A stretch of DNA of 64,000 nucleotides from Cyanobacteria bacterium J007 (GCA_003695985.1 RFFV01000139.1:8669-72668), one strand, 5' to 3'; shown: positions 20,491 through 30,658, counted from the first letter of the stretch. Made by a program: numbers and translations. The notes: a model not told the origin generated them from the letters alone.

Positions 20491-20991
20491 CTAAACTTCC
20501 GATTCCCAGTCGGGACAGCTTTCTCCGTCCCAACCGTAAGGATGCATCCCGCATACGAGCAAATTGCCGCCGTAAACGTGACCGTGATAGTGGTAACATC
20601 CTACACAAGCCGGATGTCGCCCTTGGGTGGGTCGGACGTAAGTCACGAACGGCTGGGGGGGGTCTGGAGAGTTTTCATCGACGGACCGATCTAGATCGTA
20701 GAATAGGTCTTCTAAATCGAATCGGTTTAATTCCTCGGCGAGGGTCGGATCGAAGACTTCCAAGAAAAAGCGATCGATTTCGAGAAAAAATCCCTCTTCG
20801 AGTTCTTCTACTAAATCCAAGCCGTCGTTAAAATCCCGGGTGATTTGTTCGGGAATCTTCGCTAAATCGTCAAAAAATTCGTTGACCTCTTCGCTTAATT
20901 CCTGAAAAAAGCCTTCGACATCTTCGGTGGCGCTTTCGAGGAGTTTAAATAAATCAGTCGGCCAATTTTCCATAAGCTTTTGCCATGTCAC
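20491..20991 (-). CDS. Hypothetical acidic protein with a C-terminal Cys/His-rich putative metal-binding motif. Start is GTG at 20991 or ATG at 20973.
   Basis: 166 aa. Asp/Glu-rich N-terminal half; C-terminus HPACVGCYHYHGHVYGGNLLVCGMHPYGWDGESCPDWE. It lies 80 bp upstream of the TPS exoprotein gene on the same strand. Confidence 0.5.
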   Translation of the reverse strand: MTWQKLMENWPTDLFKLLESATEDVEGFFQELSEEVNEFFDDLAKIPEQITRDFNDGLDLVEELEEGFFLEIDRFFLEVFDPTLAEELNRFDLEDLFYDLDRSVDENSPDPPQPFVTYVRPTQGRHPACVGCYHYHGHVYGGNLLVCGMHPYGWDGESCPDWESEV

Positions 20992-21007
20992 TACAGCCTC
21001 GGCGAGA

Positions 21008-21415
21008 CTACTCGTTTTGCAGGCGGCGCAGTTCGTCTTGAAGCGATCGCACGCGATCGCGCAGTTGGTCTACATTGTCAGAACCTTTACCCGGCGCGGC
21101 TTGTGTCGGCGCTTGCGCTTCCGTCTCCCCGGTCTCGCCTTCTTCATCTTCGAGAATTTCGATGCGACGCGGTTCTTTCGGTGTCTCGTCTCCCGCCGAC
21201 TCGTTCACCGACTGGCGACCCTGATTGACCATATCTTCGACAAAACGGCGGGCTTCGTCCGTACTCATCTCCCCGCGTTCTACCAGTTCGTCCGCTAACT
21301 TTTGGGCTTGTTTTTGTAACTCGGTCAGTTTGGTTCCTGCTTTTTCTCCCGCATAGGACGCCAAACCCACCCCGAGATAGAAGGCTTTTTGAACCACATC
21401 TCCGAAACCAGCCAT
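21008..21415 (-). CDS. Phasin-like small protein.
   Basis: 135 aa with an amphipathic helical N-terminus (VQKAFYLGVGLASYAGEKAGTKLTELQKQAQKLADELVERGE), an acidic linker and a coiled-coil tail. Confidence 0.5.
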   Translation of the reverse strand: MAGFGDVVQKAFYLGVGLASYAGEKAGTKLTELQKQAQKLADELVERGEMSTDEARRFVEDMVNQGRQSVNESAGDETPKEPRRIEILEDEEGETGETEAQAPTQAAPGKGSDNVDQLRDRVRSLQDELRRLQNE

Positions 21416-21674
21416 AACGACTGTTGCTCCTTGTTATGCAATTACGGTACTGATTCCAGGATAGGGTGCAAACCTGCCGAGTGACCAGAAGTTGGGGTCT
21501 ACTCTTAAAAAAGTGACCCGGAGTCCACGCCTACCGCAAGCATCCCGTGTTGCTGCTCCCTTCCGGGCCTGACAAGGTTTAGGCGTTGCGATCGCATGGG
21601 TCCGGATCGTTTACTAGCATATCATTATTAAAGGAGAAAACAAGGGTTCGGGCTGAAAAATCCCCAAAACCCCC

Positions 21675-21941
21675 TCATTCCACGACTACGCGCCACTCGT
21701 ACAGCACGTATTTGACGCAATGATTGACCACCAGGGGATCGGCTTCGACAATGGCCCGGGCTTCCTCTATTGATGCTGCTTGAAACAGCAACATTCCCCC
21801 GGCTGCGCCCGCCCAATAGCCCGTTTTGGCTCGATGTCCTTTGGCGTTGAGATCGCGCACGTAGGCTTTGTGAGCCTCTACATATTGGTCGAAAATCGGT
21901 TTTTCGACAATTCCTTCCTCAATTTTGGCAAACCAAGGCAT
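21675..21941 (-). CDS. YciI-family protein.
   Basis: 88 aa. Size and the pattern FDQYVEAHKAYVRDLNAKGH...AASIEEARAIVEADPLVV fit the YciI/Dabb fold. Confidence 0.65.
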   Translation of the reverse strand: MPWFAKIEEGIVEKPIFDQYVEAHKAYVRDLNAKGHRAKTGYWAGAAGGMLLFQAASIEEARAIVEADPLVVNHCVKYVLYEWRVVVE

Positions 21942-21989
21942 TTGATTTAACGGTTCTCGTTGTTATTGCTGAATTTCGGTTCATTTTCC

Positions 21990-22562
21990 ATGGAAAAATC
22001 TCCCCGCCTCTACTTTATCGCGCTCTTGCCTCCCGCCGAACTGCAAGCGGAGGTCACCGCCATCAAGCAGGATTTTGCCGATCGCTACGGCAGTTCTCAC
22101 GCCCTCAAATCTCCCCCTCACGTCACCTTACAGGCCCCGTTTAAATGGGTTGAGGAGGATCTCGATCGCCTGACCGAACCGTTGCGCCAATTTGCCCGAT
22201 TTCACGATCCGATCTCGATCGCCCTTTCCGGGTTCGGGGCTTTTCCCCCTCGGGTCATTTATATTGATGTCGAAAAAACCCCGGAACTTTTACAAGTCCA
22301 AGCCGAGTTAGCACTTGATTTAGAACGCCGTTTAGGGATTGTAGACGATCGCGCCCGAGGACGCGCTTTTTCCCCTCACATGACCGTGGCGTTTAAAGAT
22401 TTAAAACGGCAAGCCTTTAAAGCGGCTTGGCCCGAATTTCGCGATCTCCCTTTTGCCGCCCAATTTACTGTTTCCGAGTTGACTTTACTCCTCCACCGCG
22501 ATCGTCAGTGGCATATTTACACCCAGTTTCCCTTGGAGGGAGAAGAAAACCATAATGCTTAA
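21990..22562 (+). CDS. 2H-phosphoesterase superfamily protein (LigT-like 2'-5' RNA ligase).
   Basis: Two H-x-T/S-x motifs (HVTLQAPF and HMTVAF). ORF begins at 21960; the internal ATG at 21990 is the likely start. Confidence 0.75.
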   Translation: MEKSPRLYFIALLPPAELQAEVTAIKQDFADRYGSSHALKSPPHVTLQAPFKWVEEDLDRLTEPLRQFARFHDPISIALSGFGAFPPRVIYIDVEKTPELLQVQAELALDLERRLGIVDDRARGRAFSPHMTVAFKDLKRQAFKAAWPEFRDLPFAAQFTVSELTLLLHRDRQWHIYTQFPLEGEENHNA

Positions 22563-22904
22563 AAGGTAGATAGGTATAGACAGATAAAGAGACGCTGACG
22601 ATCGGGCATGGCCTTGTCTCTCCGGGGGTTTTGCTATTTTTAGAAACCCTTGGGTATCTTCTCTTTTTTGCCTTAAAAATGATTTCTTCCCGATTCCCCA
22701 TTCCCTAGAATTGACATCCTTTCACCCCATTAGATCCCCCCATCGGGTGAGGTGAATCGTAAAATTTCAAAGTTAAAATAGCATTTCGAGCGATCGCCGT
22801 GACGAGTTCAAGATCGATTTAAGAGCAATTTAACCTTACCCTAAAATCCAAACAATATCGATCTGATAACTTGGCGATCGGACAATTCAGGGAATCAAAA
22901 TCTG

Positions 22905-24341
22905 ATGGAAAGAATCGCAGTCAAATCACCGATATTATCGGAAATTAAAGCCTGCCTCCAATTATCAATTCCCTTAGCGGCTGCCCAACTCGCTCAAGCC
23001 TCGACCAATTTTGTCGATACGATCGTGATGGGATGGTTGGGTAGCGAACGCTTGGCGGCTGGGGCATTAGGTTCAATTTCTTTTAGCACCCTTTTTTTAA
23101 TTGGAACCGGGCTGTTATCCTCCGTCGGGGCAATGGCTGCTGTAGCCTATGGAGCCAAAGAATACAAGAAAATTGGCCGAATTGCCGAACAAGGATTGTG
23201 GCTGGGAATGGGGGTTTCGATCCCGATCGCGATCGTCATTTGGAACTTTGCCGCGATCGCCGTTCACTTCGGTCAAAATCCCGAGACTGTAGCCATTGCT
23301 CAAACCTATTTGCGCGCGATCGTCTGGGGCTTTCCCGGCGCGATCGGATTTATTGTTTTACGCAATATTTATTCCGCCATTCATCGCCCCAATATGATTC
23401 TGGCGATCGTCATCGGTAGCGTACCCATTAATGTAGTTGGCAACTACGTTTTAATGTTTGGGAAATTCGGATTTCCCGAACTCGGGCTAGCCGGAATTGG
23501 CTGGGCGAGTACCTTTTCTTTCTGGGCTGCTTTCCTAGCCGCAGTCGCCGTTCTCAAGCTTAAAACAGAGTTTGAACCGTATCGAATTTTTGCAACCCTT
23601 CGCCGTTTTCATCCCCCCGTATTTTGGGAAATCGTCCAAATTGGATGGCCGAGTGGCATTTTACTGGCCATTGAAGCCGGTTTATTTACCGTGACCACCT
23701 ATTTAATGGGATACCTGGGGACGGTTCCCCTCGCCGCCCATTATGTTGCCCTTCAAACGGCCTCGATTACGTTTATGGTTCCCGTGGGTATTTCTTACGC
23801 GACGACCATGCGCGTCGGTCACGAACTGGGACGAAAAGATCGGCAAGGGTCGAAACGGGCCGGATCGGTGGGTATGGGTATCGGCGGCTTGTTTATGGCA
23901 GTTATGGCGGTGTGTGTCTGGCAATTTCCGCGATCGATTGTGGGAGTTTATCTCGACTTAAATAATCCGGAAAATAGTGCGGTGGTCGAGTTGGCGATTT
24001 CGCTGTTGGGAATTGCTGCATTTTTTCAAATTTTTGATGGGGTTCAAGTTATTGCAGCAGGTGCGTTACGCGGTTTAAAAGATACCCGCATCCCGATGGC
24101 GATCGGTTTGTTTTCTTATTGGGGGGTCGGTTTGGTGTCTGCCTATTGGATGGCGTTTAAGTTGGGCTGGGGAAGTTTGGGATTGTGGTGGGGTTGGGTG
24201 CTCGGTTTGGGAGTTGCTGCCCTGATTTTGCCCTGGCGTTTTTATGCTCTAATTTCCGATAAGTTCGAGGGTGAAACTGCGCGATCGCAGGGGGTTTTGG
24301 AATTGAAAACAGGTGGAGATCGGACCTTGGAGATCGAATAA
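22905..24341 (+). CDS. MATE-family efflux transporter.
   Basis: 478 aa, 12 TM helices, NorM-like N-terminus (LQLSIPLAAAQLAQASTNFVDTIVMGWLG). Confidence 0.85.
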   Translation: MERIAVKSPILSEIKACLQLSIPLAAAQLAQASTNFVDTIVMGWLGSERLAAGALGSISFSTLFLIGTGLLSSVGAMAAVAYGAKEYKKIGRIAEQGLWLGMGVSIPIAIVIWNFAAIAVHFGQNPETVAIAQTYLRAIVWGFPGAIGFIVLRNIYSAIHRPNMILAIVIGSVPINVVGNYVLMFGKFGFPELGLAGIGWASTFSFWAAFLAAVAVLKLKTEFEPYRIFATLRRFHPPVFWEIVQIGWPSGILLAIEAGLFTVTTYLMGYLGTVPLAAHYVALQTASITFMVPVGISYATTMRVGHELGRKDRQGSKRAGSVGMGIGGLFMAVMAVCVWQFPRSIVGVYLDLNNPENSAVVELAISLLGIAAFFQIFDGVQVIAAGALRGLKDTRIPMAIGLFSYWGVGLVSAYWMAFKLGWGSLGLWWGWVLGLGVAALILPWRFYALISDKFEGETARSQGVLELKTGGDRTLEIE

Positions 24342-24416
24342 CTGCCGAGGGGCGATCGCGCGCTGCCCGCTCGCTACAATCGAAAGTGTCCTGTTCTCAA
24401 GCTGTTTCGATCTATC

Positions 24417-25481
24417 ATGCGCGTGTCGATCGCCCCGTTTACCGTTCGCAAACGTTTCGCCCTGACCATCAGTCGGGGAACGACCGCAGAAAGTACCAAT
24501 CTTTGGCTCAAAGTCGAACACGACGGGATCGAAGGGTGGGGGGAAGCGTCCCCCTTTTCGGCGGGCGGTCCGCCCCAAACCACGGAGACGATCGCCCGTT
24601 CCCTCGAACCGATCGTCAATCTTGCCGATTGTTGGTCTCCCTTCGACCGCCAACAAATCGAACTGGCGGCGATCGAATGGAAATTACCCTCGGCGGCGAA
24701 AGCGGCCCTCGATACGGCCCTGTGGGACTGGATCGGCAAAAAAGCGGGATTGCCGTTATGGCAATTATGGGGCTTACAGCGATCGCGCATCGTCCCCACC
24801 TCGGTGACCGTCGGGATCGGTTCCCCGGAAAAGGCGATCGAACGCTTACAAGATTGGCTCAACTTCGTGCAAGTTAAAGCGATTAAAGTCAAACTCGGAT
24901 CCCCGGACGGGATCGATGCGGATCGCGCCATGTTCGAGGCGATCGCCCGCGAAAGCCCGCCACGACTGAAGTTCAGCGTCGATGCCAATGGCGGCTGGTC
25001 TCTAGAAGAGGCAATAACTATGTGCGATTGGCTGGCAGGCCAAAAAAGAGTTAAATACGTCGAGCAGCCCCTTCCCGTCGTCGCCAGAGCCGAATTACGG
25101 GAACTTTACGACCGTTCCCCCCTGCCGATTTTTGTCGATGAAAGCTGTCACACCAGTGCCGACATTCCCCCATTGGCAGACCGGGTTCATGGCATTAATA
25201 TCAAACTGATGAAATCTGGCGGCTTGAGTGAAGCCATGCGGATGATTCATACCGCCAAAGCCTGCGGGCTACAGGTGATGTTCGGTTGCTATTCCGACAG
25301 TATTTTAGCCAATAGCGCCCTCGCCCAACTCTCTCCCCTCGCCGACTATCTCGATTTAGACAGTCACCTCAACTTGCGCGACGATCCCTTCGACGGGGCG
25401 ACGATGCAACGAGGTTGTTTACTTCCCAACGATTTACCCGGTTTAGGAGTCCAACACCGTGCAACTCACTCCCGATCGTAG
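24417..25481 (+). CDS. Dipeptide epimerase (L-Ala-D/L-Glu epimerase-like, enolase superfamily).
   Basis: 354 aa with the MR/MLE barrel pattern (KVKLG...DANGGWS...LEQP...VDES). Confidence 0.8.
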   Translation: MRVSIAPFTVRKRFALTISRGTTAESTNLWLKVEHDGIEGWGEASPFSAGGPPQTTETIARSLEPIVNLADCWSPFDRQQIELAAIEWKLPSAAKAALDTALWDWIGKKAGLPLWQLWGLQRSRIVPTSVTVGIGSPEKAIERLQDWLNFVQVKAIKVKLGSPDGIDADRAMFEAIARESPPRLKFSVDANGGWSLEEAITMCDWLAGQKRVKYVEQPLPVVARAELRELYDRSPLPIFVDESCHTSADIPPLADRVHGINIKLMKSGGLSEAMRMIHTAKACGLQVMFGCYSDSILANSALAQLSPLADYLDLDSHLNLRDDPFDGATMQRGCLLPNDLPGLGVQHRATHSRS

Positions 25482-26505
25482 AGTCGCCATCCTCCTGCAC
25501 GAGGGCATTCTCGGCAGTATCGGCAAAACTGGATTGACGTTATTGCGCTACAGCGAAGCGACGATCGTCGCCGTCATCGATCGCGAATGCGTGGGGCGAT
25601 CGCTCCCGGAATTAACGGGAATCGATCGCGAGGTTCCGATTGTCGAGTCCGTCGAAGACGCCCTCGCCTACCATCCCGATGTTTTGGCGATCGGGATCGC
25701 GCCCCCCGGGGGTGGGCTCCCGCCGTCGTGGTTTATGGAACTCCAACACGCGATCGCCGCAGGAGTCTCGATCGTCAACGGGTTGCATACTTCCCTCGCC
25801 AACCATCCGGAATTACGCCACAGTTTGCGCCCCGGTCAGTGGATTTGGGACATCCGTCAAGAACCCGTCGGCTTGCAAATTGGCAGCGCCCAAGCCCGGG
25901 AACTCCCGTGCAAGCGCGTGTTAACGGTGGGAACGGATATGGCGATCGGCAAGATGTCGGCGAGTATCGAACTGCACCGACGGGCGCGCGATCGCGGTTT
26001 GCGTTCTCAATTCCTCGCTACCGGACAGGCGGGACTGGCAATTTCGGGGGAAGGGATTCCCCTCGATGCGGTGCGCGTGGACTTCGCCGCCGGGGCCGTC
26101 GAACAAATGGTGATGCGTTACGGTCGCGATCGCGATCTGGTGTTTGTCGAAGGGCAGGGTTCCTTATTTCATCCCGGTTCTACCGCCACTTTACCCCTGA
26201 TTCGCGGCTCCCAACCGACTCACTTAGTTCTGGTTCACCGGGCCGGACAAACCCACATTCGCAATCACCCTCACGTCCCGATTCCACCGTTACCCGCCGC
26301 GATTCAAATCTACGAAACGATCGCCCACGCGGCGGGGGCGTTCGCCCCGGTTCCCGTCGCCGCGATCGCCCTCAATACAAGAGATTTAGACGATGCGGGG
26401 GCGAAAAGCGCGATCGCCGCCGTGCAAGAGGAAACCGGGTTACCCTGTGCCGACCCCGTGCGCTTCAGTGCCGATCCGATTTTGGATGCCTTGGTCGGGT
26501 GCTAG
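25459..26505 (+). CDS. DUF1611-domain protein.
   Basis: 348 aa. It overlaps the epimerase by 23 nt (GTG start), a conserved epimerase-DUF1611 operon arrangement. Confidence 0.7.
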   Translation: MQLTPDRRVAILLHEGILGSIGKTGLTLLRYSEATIVAVIDRECVGRSLPELTGIDREVPIVESVEDALAYHPDVLAIGIAPPGGGLPPSWFMELQHAIAAGVSIVNGLHTSLANHPELRHSLRPGQWIWDIRQEPVGLQIGSAQARELPCKRVLTVGTDMAIGKMSASIELHRRARDRGLRSQFLATGQAGLAISGEGIPLDAVRVDFAAGAVEQMVMRYGRDRDLVFVEGQGSLFHPGSTATLPLIRGSQPTHLVLVHRAGQTHIRNHPHVPIPPLPAAIQIYETIAHAAGAFAPVPVAAIALNTRDLDDAGAKSAIAAVQEETGLPCADPVRFSADPILDALVGC

Positions 26506-26512
26506 GCAGGTG

Positions 26513-27733
26513 CTAACCCAACTCGTGCCAGCATTCCCGGGCGATCGCCCAATCTTCTTGCGCCCGCACCAGCAAGACCCGCACCCTCGAATCCGGCGCG
26601 GCGATATCCGTATCCACAGGCGATCGATCGTTTTTGTGCGGATCTAATTTAACGCCAATCAGCGCCAACGCCTCGCACGCCGCTTCGCGAATTGGCGGGT
26701 GGTGTTCGCCGACTCCTCCCGTAAACACGATCGCGTCCGCGCCTCCCAACGCCACCAGCATCGATCCGAGGTGAGCGTTGAGGGATTTTTGGTATAATTT
26801 CAACGCCAGTCGGGCGCGATCGTTTCCCCGGGCGATCGCCGCGTCGATCTCGCGCAAATCGCCGGAAACACCGGAAATTCCTTTCAAACCGGACGATCGA
26901 TTGAGCATGTTATCTAAATCTTCCGGCGTGAGATCGTGCTGTTGTTGCCAGTAGAGCAACAGTCCCGGATCTACGGATCCCGATCGCGTCCCCATCATCA
27001 AGCCTTCTAACGGGGTAAATCCCATCGTCGTATCGATACTGCGCCCTCCGGCGATCGCCGCCAGAGAACAGCCATTGCCTAAATGACAGGCAATCAAGCG
27101 CAAGTCTTCTAAGGGTTTGCCCAACAGTTGTGCGGCGCGCTGGCTGCAATATTGATAGCTGATACCGTGAAATCCATAACGGCGGATGCCGCGATCGTAC
27201 CACTCGTAAGGCACGGGATAAATCGCCGCTTCCGGCGGTAAGTGGGCGTGAAAGGCGGTATCGAAGACGGCGACTTGGGGAATTTCCGGTAAAATCTCTT
27301 CGATCGCCTCGATTCCTTCTAAATTGGCGGGATTGTGCGATGGAGCCAGGGAGGACAATTCGGCGATCGTCTGTTTGACATCGCGATCGATCGTCACGGG
27401 CGATCGATACTGGTCGCCGCCGTGAACGATGCGATGTCCGACGGCATCAATTTCTTGAGGGTCGGCGATCGCTTTTGTTTTGCCTTCCCACAAGGTTTTT
27501 AACATCTGCGCGATCGCGGGCGATCGTGATTCTGTAGGGTTTTTAATTGCTAATGTTTTCTCTAATCTTTCCTCCTCTTTATTTGCCGTTAATTCCGCCA
27601 CTCCCCGGTGACGAGTCCAATCTATTTTAGCTTCCCACAAGGGAGAATTCGGTACTATTTTAGGAGGATTTTTTATGTCATAAAGGCAACTTTTCTGACT
27701 GCTAGATCCGGCATTTAAAACTAAAATCTTCAT
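26513..27733 (-). CDS. ackA: Acetate kinase.
   Basis: 406 aa. N-terminus MKILVLNAGSSSQKSCLY and internal VHGGD and FDTAFH motifs match AckA. Confidence 0.9.
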   Translation of the reverse strand: MKILVLNAGSSSQKSCLYDIKNPPKIVPNSPLWEAKIDWTRHRGVAELTANKEEERLEKTLAIKNPTESRSPAIAQMLKTLWEGKTKAIADPQEIDAVGHRIVHGGDQYRSPVTIDRDVKQTIAELSSLAPSHNPANLEGIEAIEEILPEIPQVAVFDTAFHAHLPPEAAIYPVPYEWYDRGIRRYGFHGISYQYCSQRAAQLLGKPLEDLRLIACHLGNGCSLAAIAGGRSIDTTMGFTPLEGLMMGTRSGSVDPGLLLYWQQQHDLTPEDLDNMLNRSSGLKGISGVSGDLREIDAAIARGNDRARLALKLYQKSLNAHLGSMLVALGGADAIVFTGGVGEHHPPIREAACEALALIGVKLDPHKNDRSPVDTDIAAPDSRVRVLLVRAQEDWAIARECWHELG

Positions 27734-27787
27734 AAACTTTCATAAACTCTCATACAGCACTCGGGCGATCCGATCGAGGTACAGTGC

Positions 27788-27896
27788 CGATCCCCCTAAA
27801 TCCCCCTTCAAAAGGGGGACTTTCACTGCCCCCCTTTTGAAGGGGGGTTGGGGGGATCTTTGCCTCTTGTAACTCATGACAGCGCCAATTGCTGTA
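27788..27896. repeat. Structured ~110-bp repeat (MITE/REP-like), copy B. It is the inverted copy of the element at 16353..16462.
   Basis: The reverse complement of 27788-27896 is about 95% identical to 16353-16462. Internal hairpins include CCCCCCTTT/AAAAGGGGGG and TCCCCCTTT/AAGGGGGAT. It sits in the xfp-ackA spacer. Confidence 0.8.
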
Positions 27897-28021
27897 AACA
27901 TAGCTGATGACCTTAAAATTATGCTAAATACACCGCACAATTTCAAGATCGGCGAAGAGAGAGGCTCCCTTCGATCGCCCTGAGAACCTCTCTCAATTCA
28001 TCCTCGTTTTAAAAGGATCGA

Positions 28022-30454
28022 CTAACACCACTGCCAGTTCGTAATCTCGGCGGGATCGACCCCATTTTCACAGATATATTTGCTGTGTTCCGCTAACACG
28101 TATTCGTAATGGCGGACGCGATCGTTCGCGTGGGCGGCGACCCGAGAATTGCGCCGAGAACCCAAACGAATCGCCTGCATAATCAGATGATAACGACTGG
28201 CCCGATTGCGAACTAACATATCAAACGGCGTGGTCGTATTGCCTTCTTCGCGATAGCCGTTAATATGGAAGCGATCGAGATTCGGACGACCGAAAATGAG
28301 TTGTTCGATGAGAGAAGGATAGCCGTGAAAATTGACAATCACCGGGCGATCGCTCGTCAATAACGCCTCAAACATATCCGCATCCAAACCGTGAGGATGT
28401 TCGGATTGTTCTTCGAGAACTAACAAGTCCGTCACGTTCACCACTCGCACTCGTAAATGAGGCATTTGCGATCGCAAAATATGAGCCGCCGCCAGCACTT
28501 CGACGGTAGGAACGTCGCCAATTCCGACGAGAACCACATCCGGATCGACTCCATCATCCGTACTCGCCCACGGCCAAACCGAGGCCCCGGCGCGGCAGTG
28601 CGCGATCGCCTCTTCCATTGACAACCATTGCGGCATCGGGTTCTTATTCGCCACCACTAAATTGACATAACCCGTACTCTGCAAACAGTGGTCTAAGGTA
28701 CTGATTAAGCAGTTCGCATCAGGGGGTAAATAGACCCGAGCAAACTCCGCTTTTTGGTCGAGAACGCTATTGAGAAAACTGGGATTTTGGTGGGAAAATC
28801 CGTTATGTTCCTGTCGCCACAACGTCGAACTTTCGAGATAGTTTAACGAGGCGACGGGCAGACGCCAGGGAAATTCTTTAGAGACTTTTACGAACTTGGC
28901 ATATTGATCCATCATCGTCGTCACGATCCCTAAAAATGCCTCGTAAGACGGGAATAAACCGTGACGTCCGGTTAATAAATAACCTTGCAACCAGCCCTGA
29001 CAGTTATGCTCGCTCAACACTTCTAAGACGCGACCGCCATGCGATCCGATATTTTCGTCGTCCGCATCGGTGGGCCATTGAAAATTACGTTGGGTCAGGT
29101 CGAACACTTCGCCCAAACGGTTCGATTCGAGTTCGTCCGGGCTGAAAATCCGGAAATTTTGCGGGTTGAGGGCGATGACCTGTTTGAGATATTTGGCTAA
29201 TTGTTCCGTATTACCGAGTTGGCGATCGCCCCGTTTGCAAGTGCCGTCCGTTTCTTGGCGTTCCACGGGAACTTCCGACTCGAACAAGTCGGGCAGGTTG
29301 AGGGCCTCGCGCATCCGTCCCCCGAAAGTATACGGGTTACAGCCCATCCGCCGATCGCCTTGCGGACAAAGGGCGAGGATGTCCGGTTCGGGCGCGCCGG
29401 ACTCGTCGAACAAGTCCTCGGGACCGTAGGACCGCAACCATCGTTCTAATTTTTGGCGTTCGCCTTCCTGACTTTTAACGTGTTTGGCCGGAACTTGGTG
29501 CGATCGATAGGAACCTTCGATCGGTTCGCCGTGCAGTTCCTCGATCCCGGACAGTCCTTTCGGCGATCGCAAAATTAACATCGGCCAGCGCGGTTGGGCG
29601 ATCGGTTCGCCGGATCGGGCGGCCTGTTGGATCCGGCAAATCTCTTGATAAGCCCAATCCATGGAAGCGTAGAGATCCGCATCGAGGTCGTCGTCGCCGA
29701 CGATTCGCACTTGATAGCCATAGCCGGAAAACAAGTGTAGTAAGTCTTCATCGCTCATCGATCCGTAGATCGTGCGACTCGAAATTTTGTACTGATTTAA
29801 GTGTAAAATCGGCAGCACCGCCCCCGATTCGGCAGGGTCGATATACTTATAGCTGTGCCATGCCGTCGCCGTCGGCCCGGTTTCCGATTCGCCATCGCCG
29901 ACGATACAGGTAACGATGAGATCGGGATTGTCCATCACCGCCCCGAAGGAAGTCGCCAGGGCATAGCCGAGTTCGCCCCCTTCGTGAATTGTGCCGGGAA
30001 TGCCGGGATATAAGTGAGACGGAAAGCCCCCGGGCCAGGAGAACCGTTTGATAAAGTCGTGAAGACCTGCCGCGTCGAACGTCAATTCCGGATAAAACTC
30101 TTGCAACGAGCCTTCCAGATACAGGTTAGCTAAGTTGGCGGGCGCGCCGTGTCCCGGTCCGGTGACCAGAAATAGATTGACATCGTAGCGACGAATGAGG
30201 CGATTGAGATGGGCGTAAATCAAGTTGATGCCCGGGGTCGTTCCCCAATGACCTAACAAACGATCTTTAATATGTTCCGGTTGCAGGGGATCGCGCAAAA
30301 GTACGTTATCTTTGAGATATATTTGAGCGGCAGCGAGGTAATTCGCCGCGCGACGGTAGCGGGCGATCGCCTCTAACTGTTCTCGGTTGTGTTCGCGAAC
30401 TTGCCCCACATCGATTTCGGGACCGAATTGAGTTTTGATGGGGGTCACGGTCAT
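28022..30454 (-). CDS. xfp: Xylulose-5-phosphate/fructose-6-phosphate phosphoketolase.
   Basis: 810 aa. TPP-dependent phosphoketolase signatures (GHWGTTPG, EGGELGY). Lies upstream of ackA on the same strand. Confidence 0.9.
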   Translation of the reverse strand: MTVTPIKTQFGPEIDVGQVREHNREQLEAIARYRRAANYLAAAQIYLKDNVLLRDPLQPEHIKDRLLGHWGTTPGINLIYAHLNRLIRRYDVNLFLVTGPGHGAPANLANLYLEGSLQEFYPELTFDAAGLHDFIKRFSWPGGFPSHLYPGIPGTIHEGGELGYALATSFGAVMDNPDLIVTCIVGDGESETGPTATAWHSYKYIDPAESGAVLPILHLNQYKISSRTIYGSMSDEDLLHLFSGYGYQVRIVGDDDLDADLYASMDWAYQEICRIQQAARSGEPIAQPRWPMLILRSPKGLSGIEELHGEPIEGSYRSHQVPAKHVKSQEGERQKLERWLRSYGPEDLFDESGAPEPDILALCPQGDRRMGCNPYTFGGRMREALNLPDLFESEVPVERQETDGTCKRGDRQLGNTEQLAKYLKQVIALNPQNFRIFSPDELESNRLGEVFDLTQRNFQWPTDADDENIGSHGGRVLEVLSEHNCQGWLQGYLLTGRHGLFPSYEAFLGIVTTMMDQYAKFVKVSKEFPWRLPVASLNYLESSTLWRQEHNGFSHQNPSFLNSVLDQKAEFARVYLPPDANCLISTLDHCLQSTGYVNLVVANKNPMPQWLSMEEAIAHCRAGASVWPWASTDDGVDPDVVLVGIGDVPTVEVLAAAHILRSQMPHLRVRVVNVTDLLVLEEQSEHPHGLDADMFEALLTSDRPVIVNFHGYPSLIEQLIFGRPNLDRFHINGYREEGNTTTPFDMLVRNRASRYHLIMQAIRLGSRRNSRVAAHANDRVRHYEYVLAEHSKYICENGVDPAEITNWQWC

Positions 30455-30658
30455 AAAAAATCTCCTAAATACACCGTCGCGAGAAATTCGACAATCGCGC
30501 CGAATTTCTCAAAAATCGAATTATTGAGTTTTTCAAATACTTTGAACGTCCACTAGCATTCTAGCGATCGCCCGGCGCGATCGCTTCCCCCTCTGGGTAG
30601 ATCTAGACGACGTTGACAAATCTAAAGCATTGAAAAACTCAACTTTTTTCACCCAAAC

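Noticed and set aside
27740-27946. A 68-aa ORF in the xfp-ackA spacer.
   Set aside because: It overlaps the structured repeat element; its reading frame is an artefact of the palindromic repeat.
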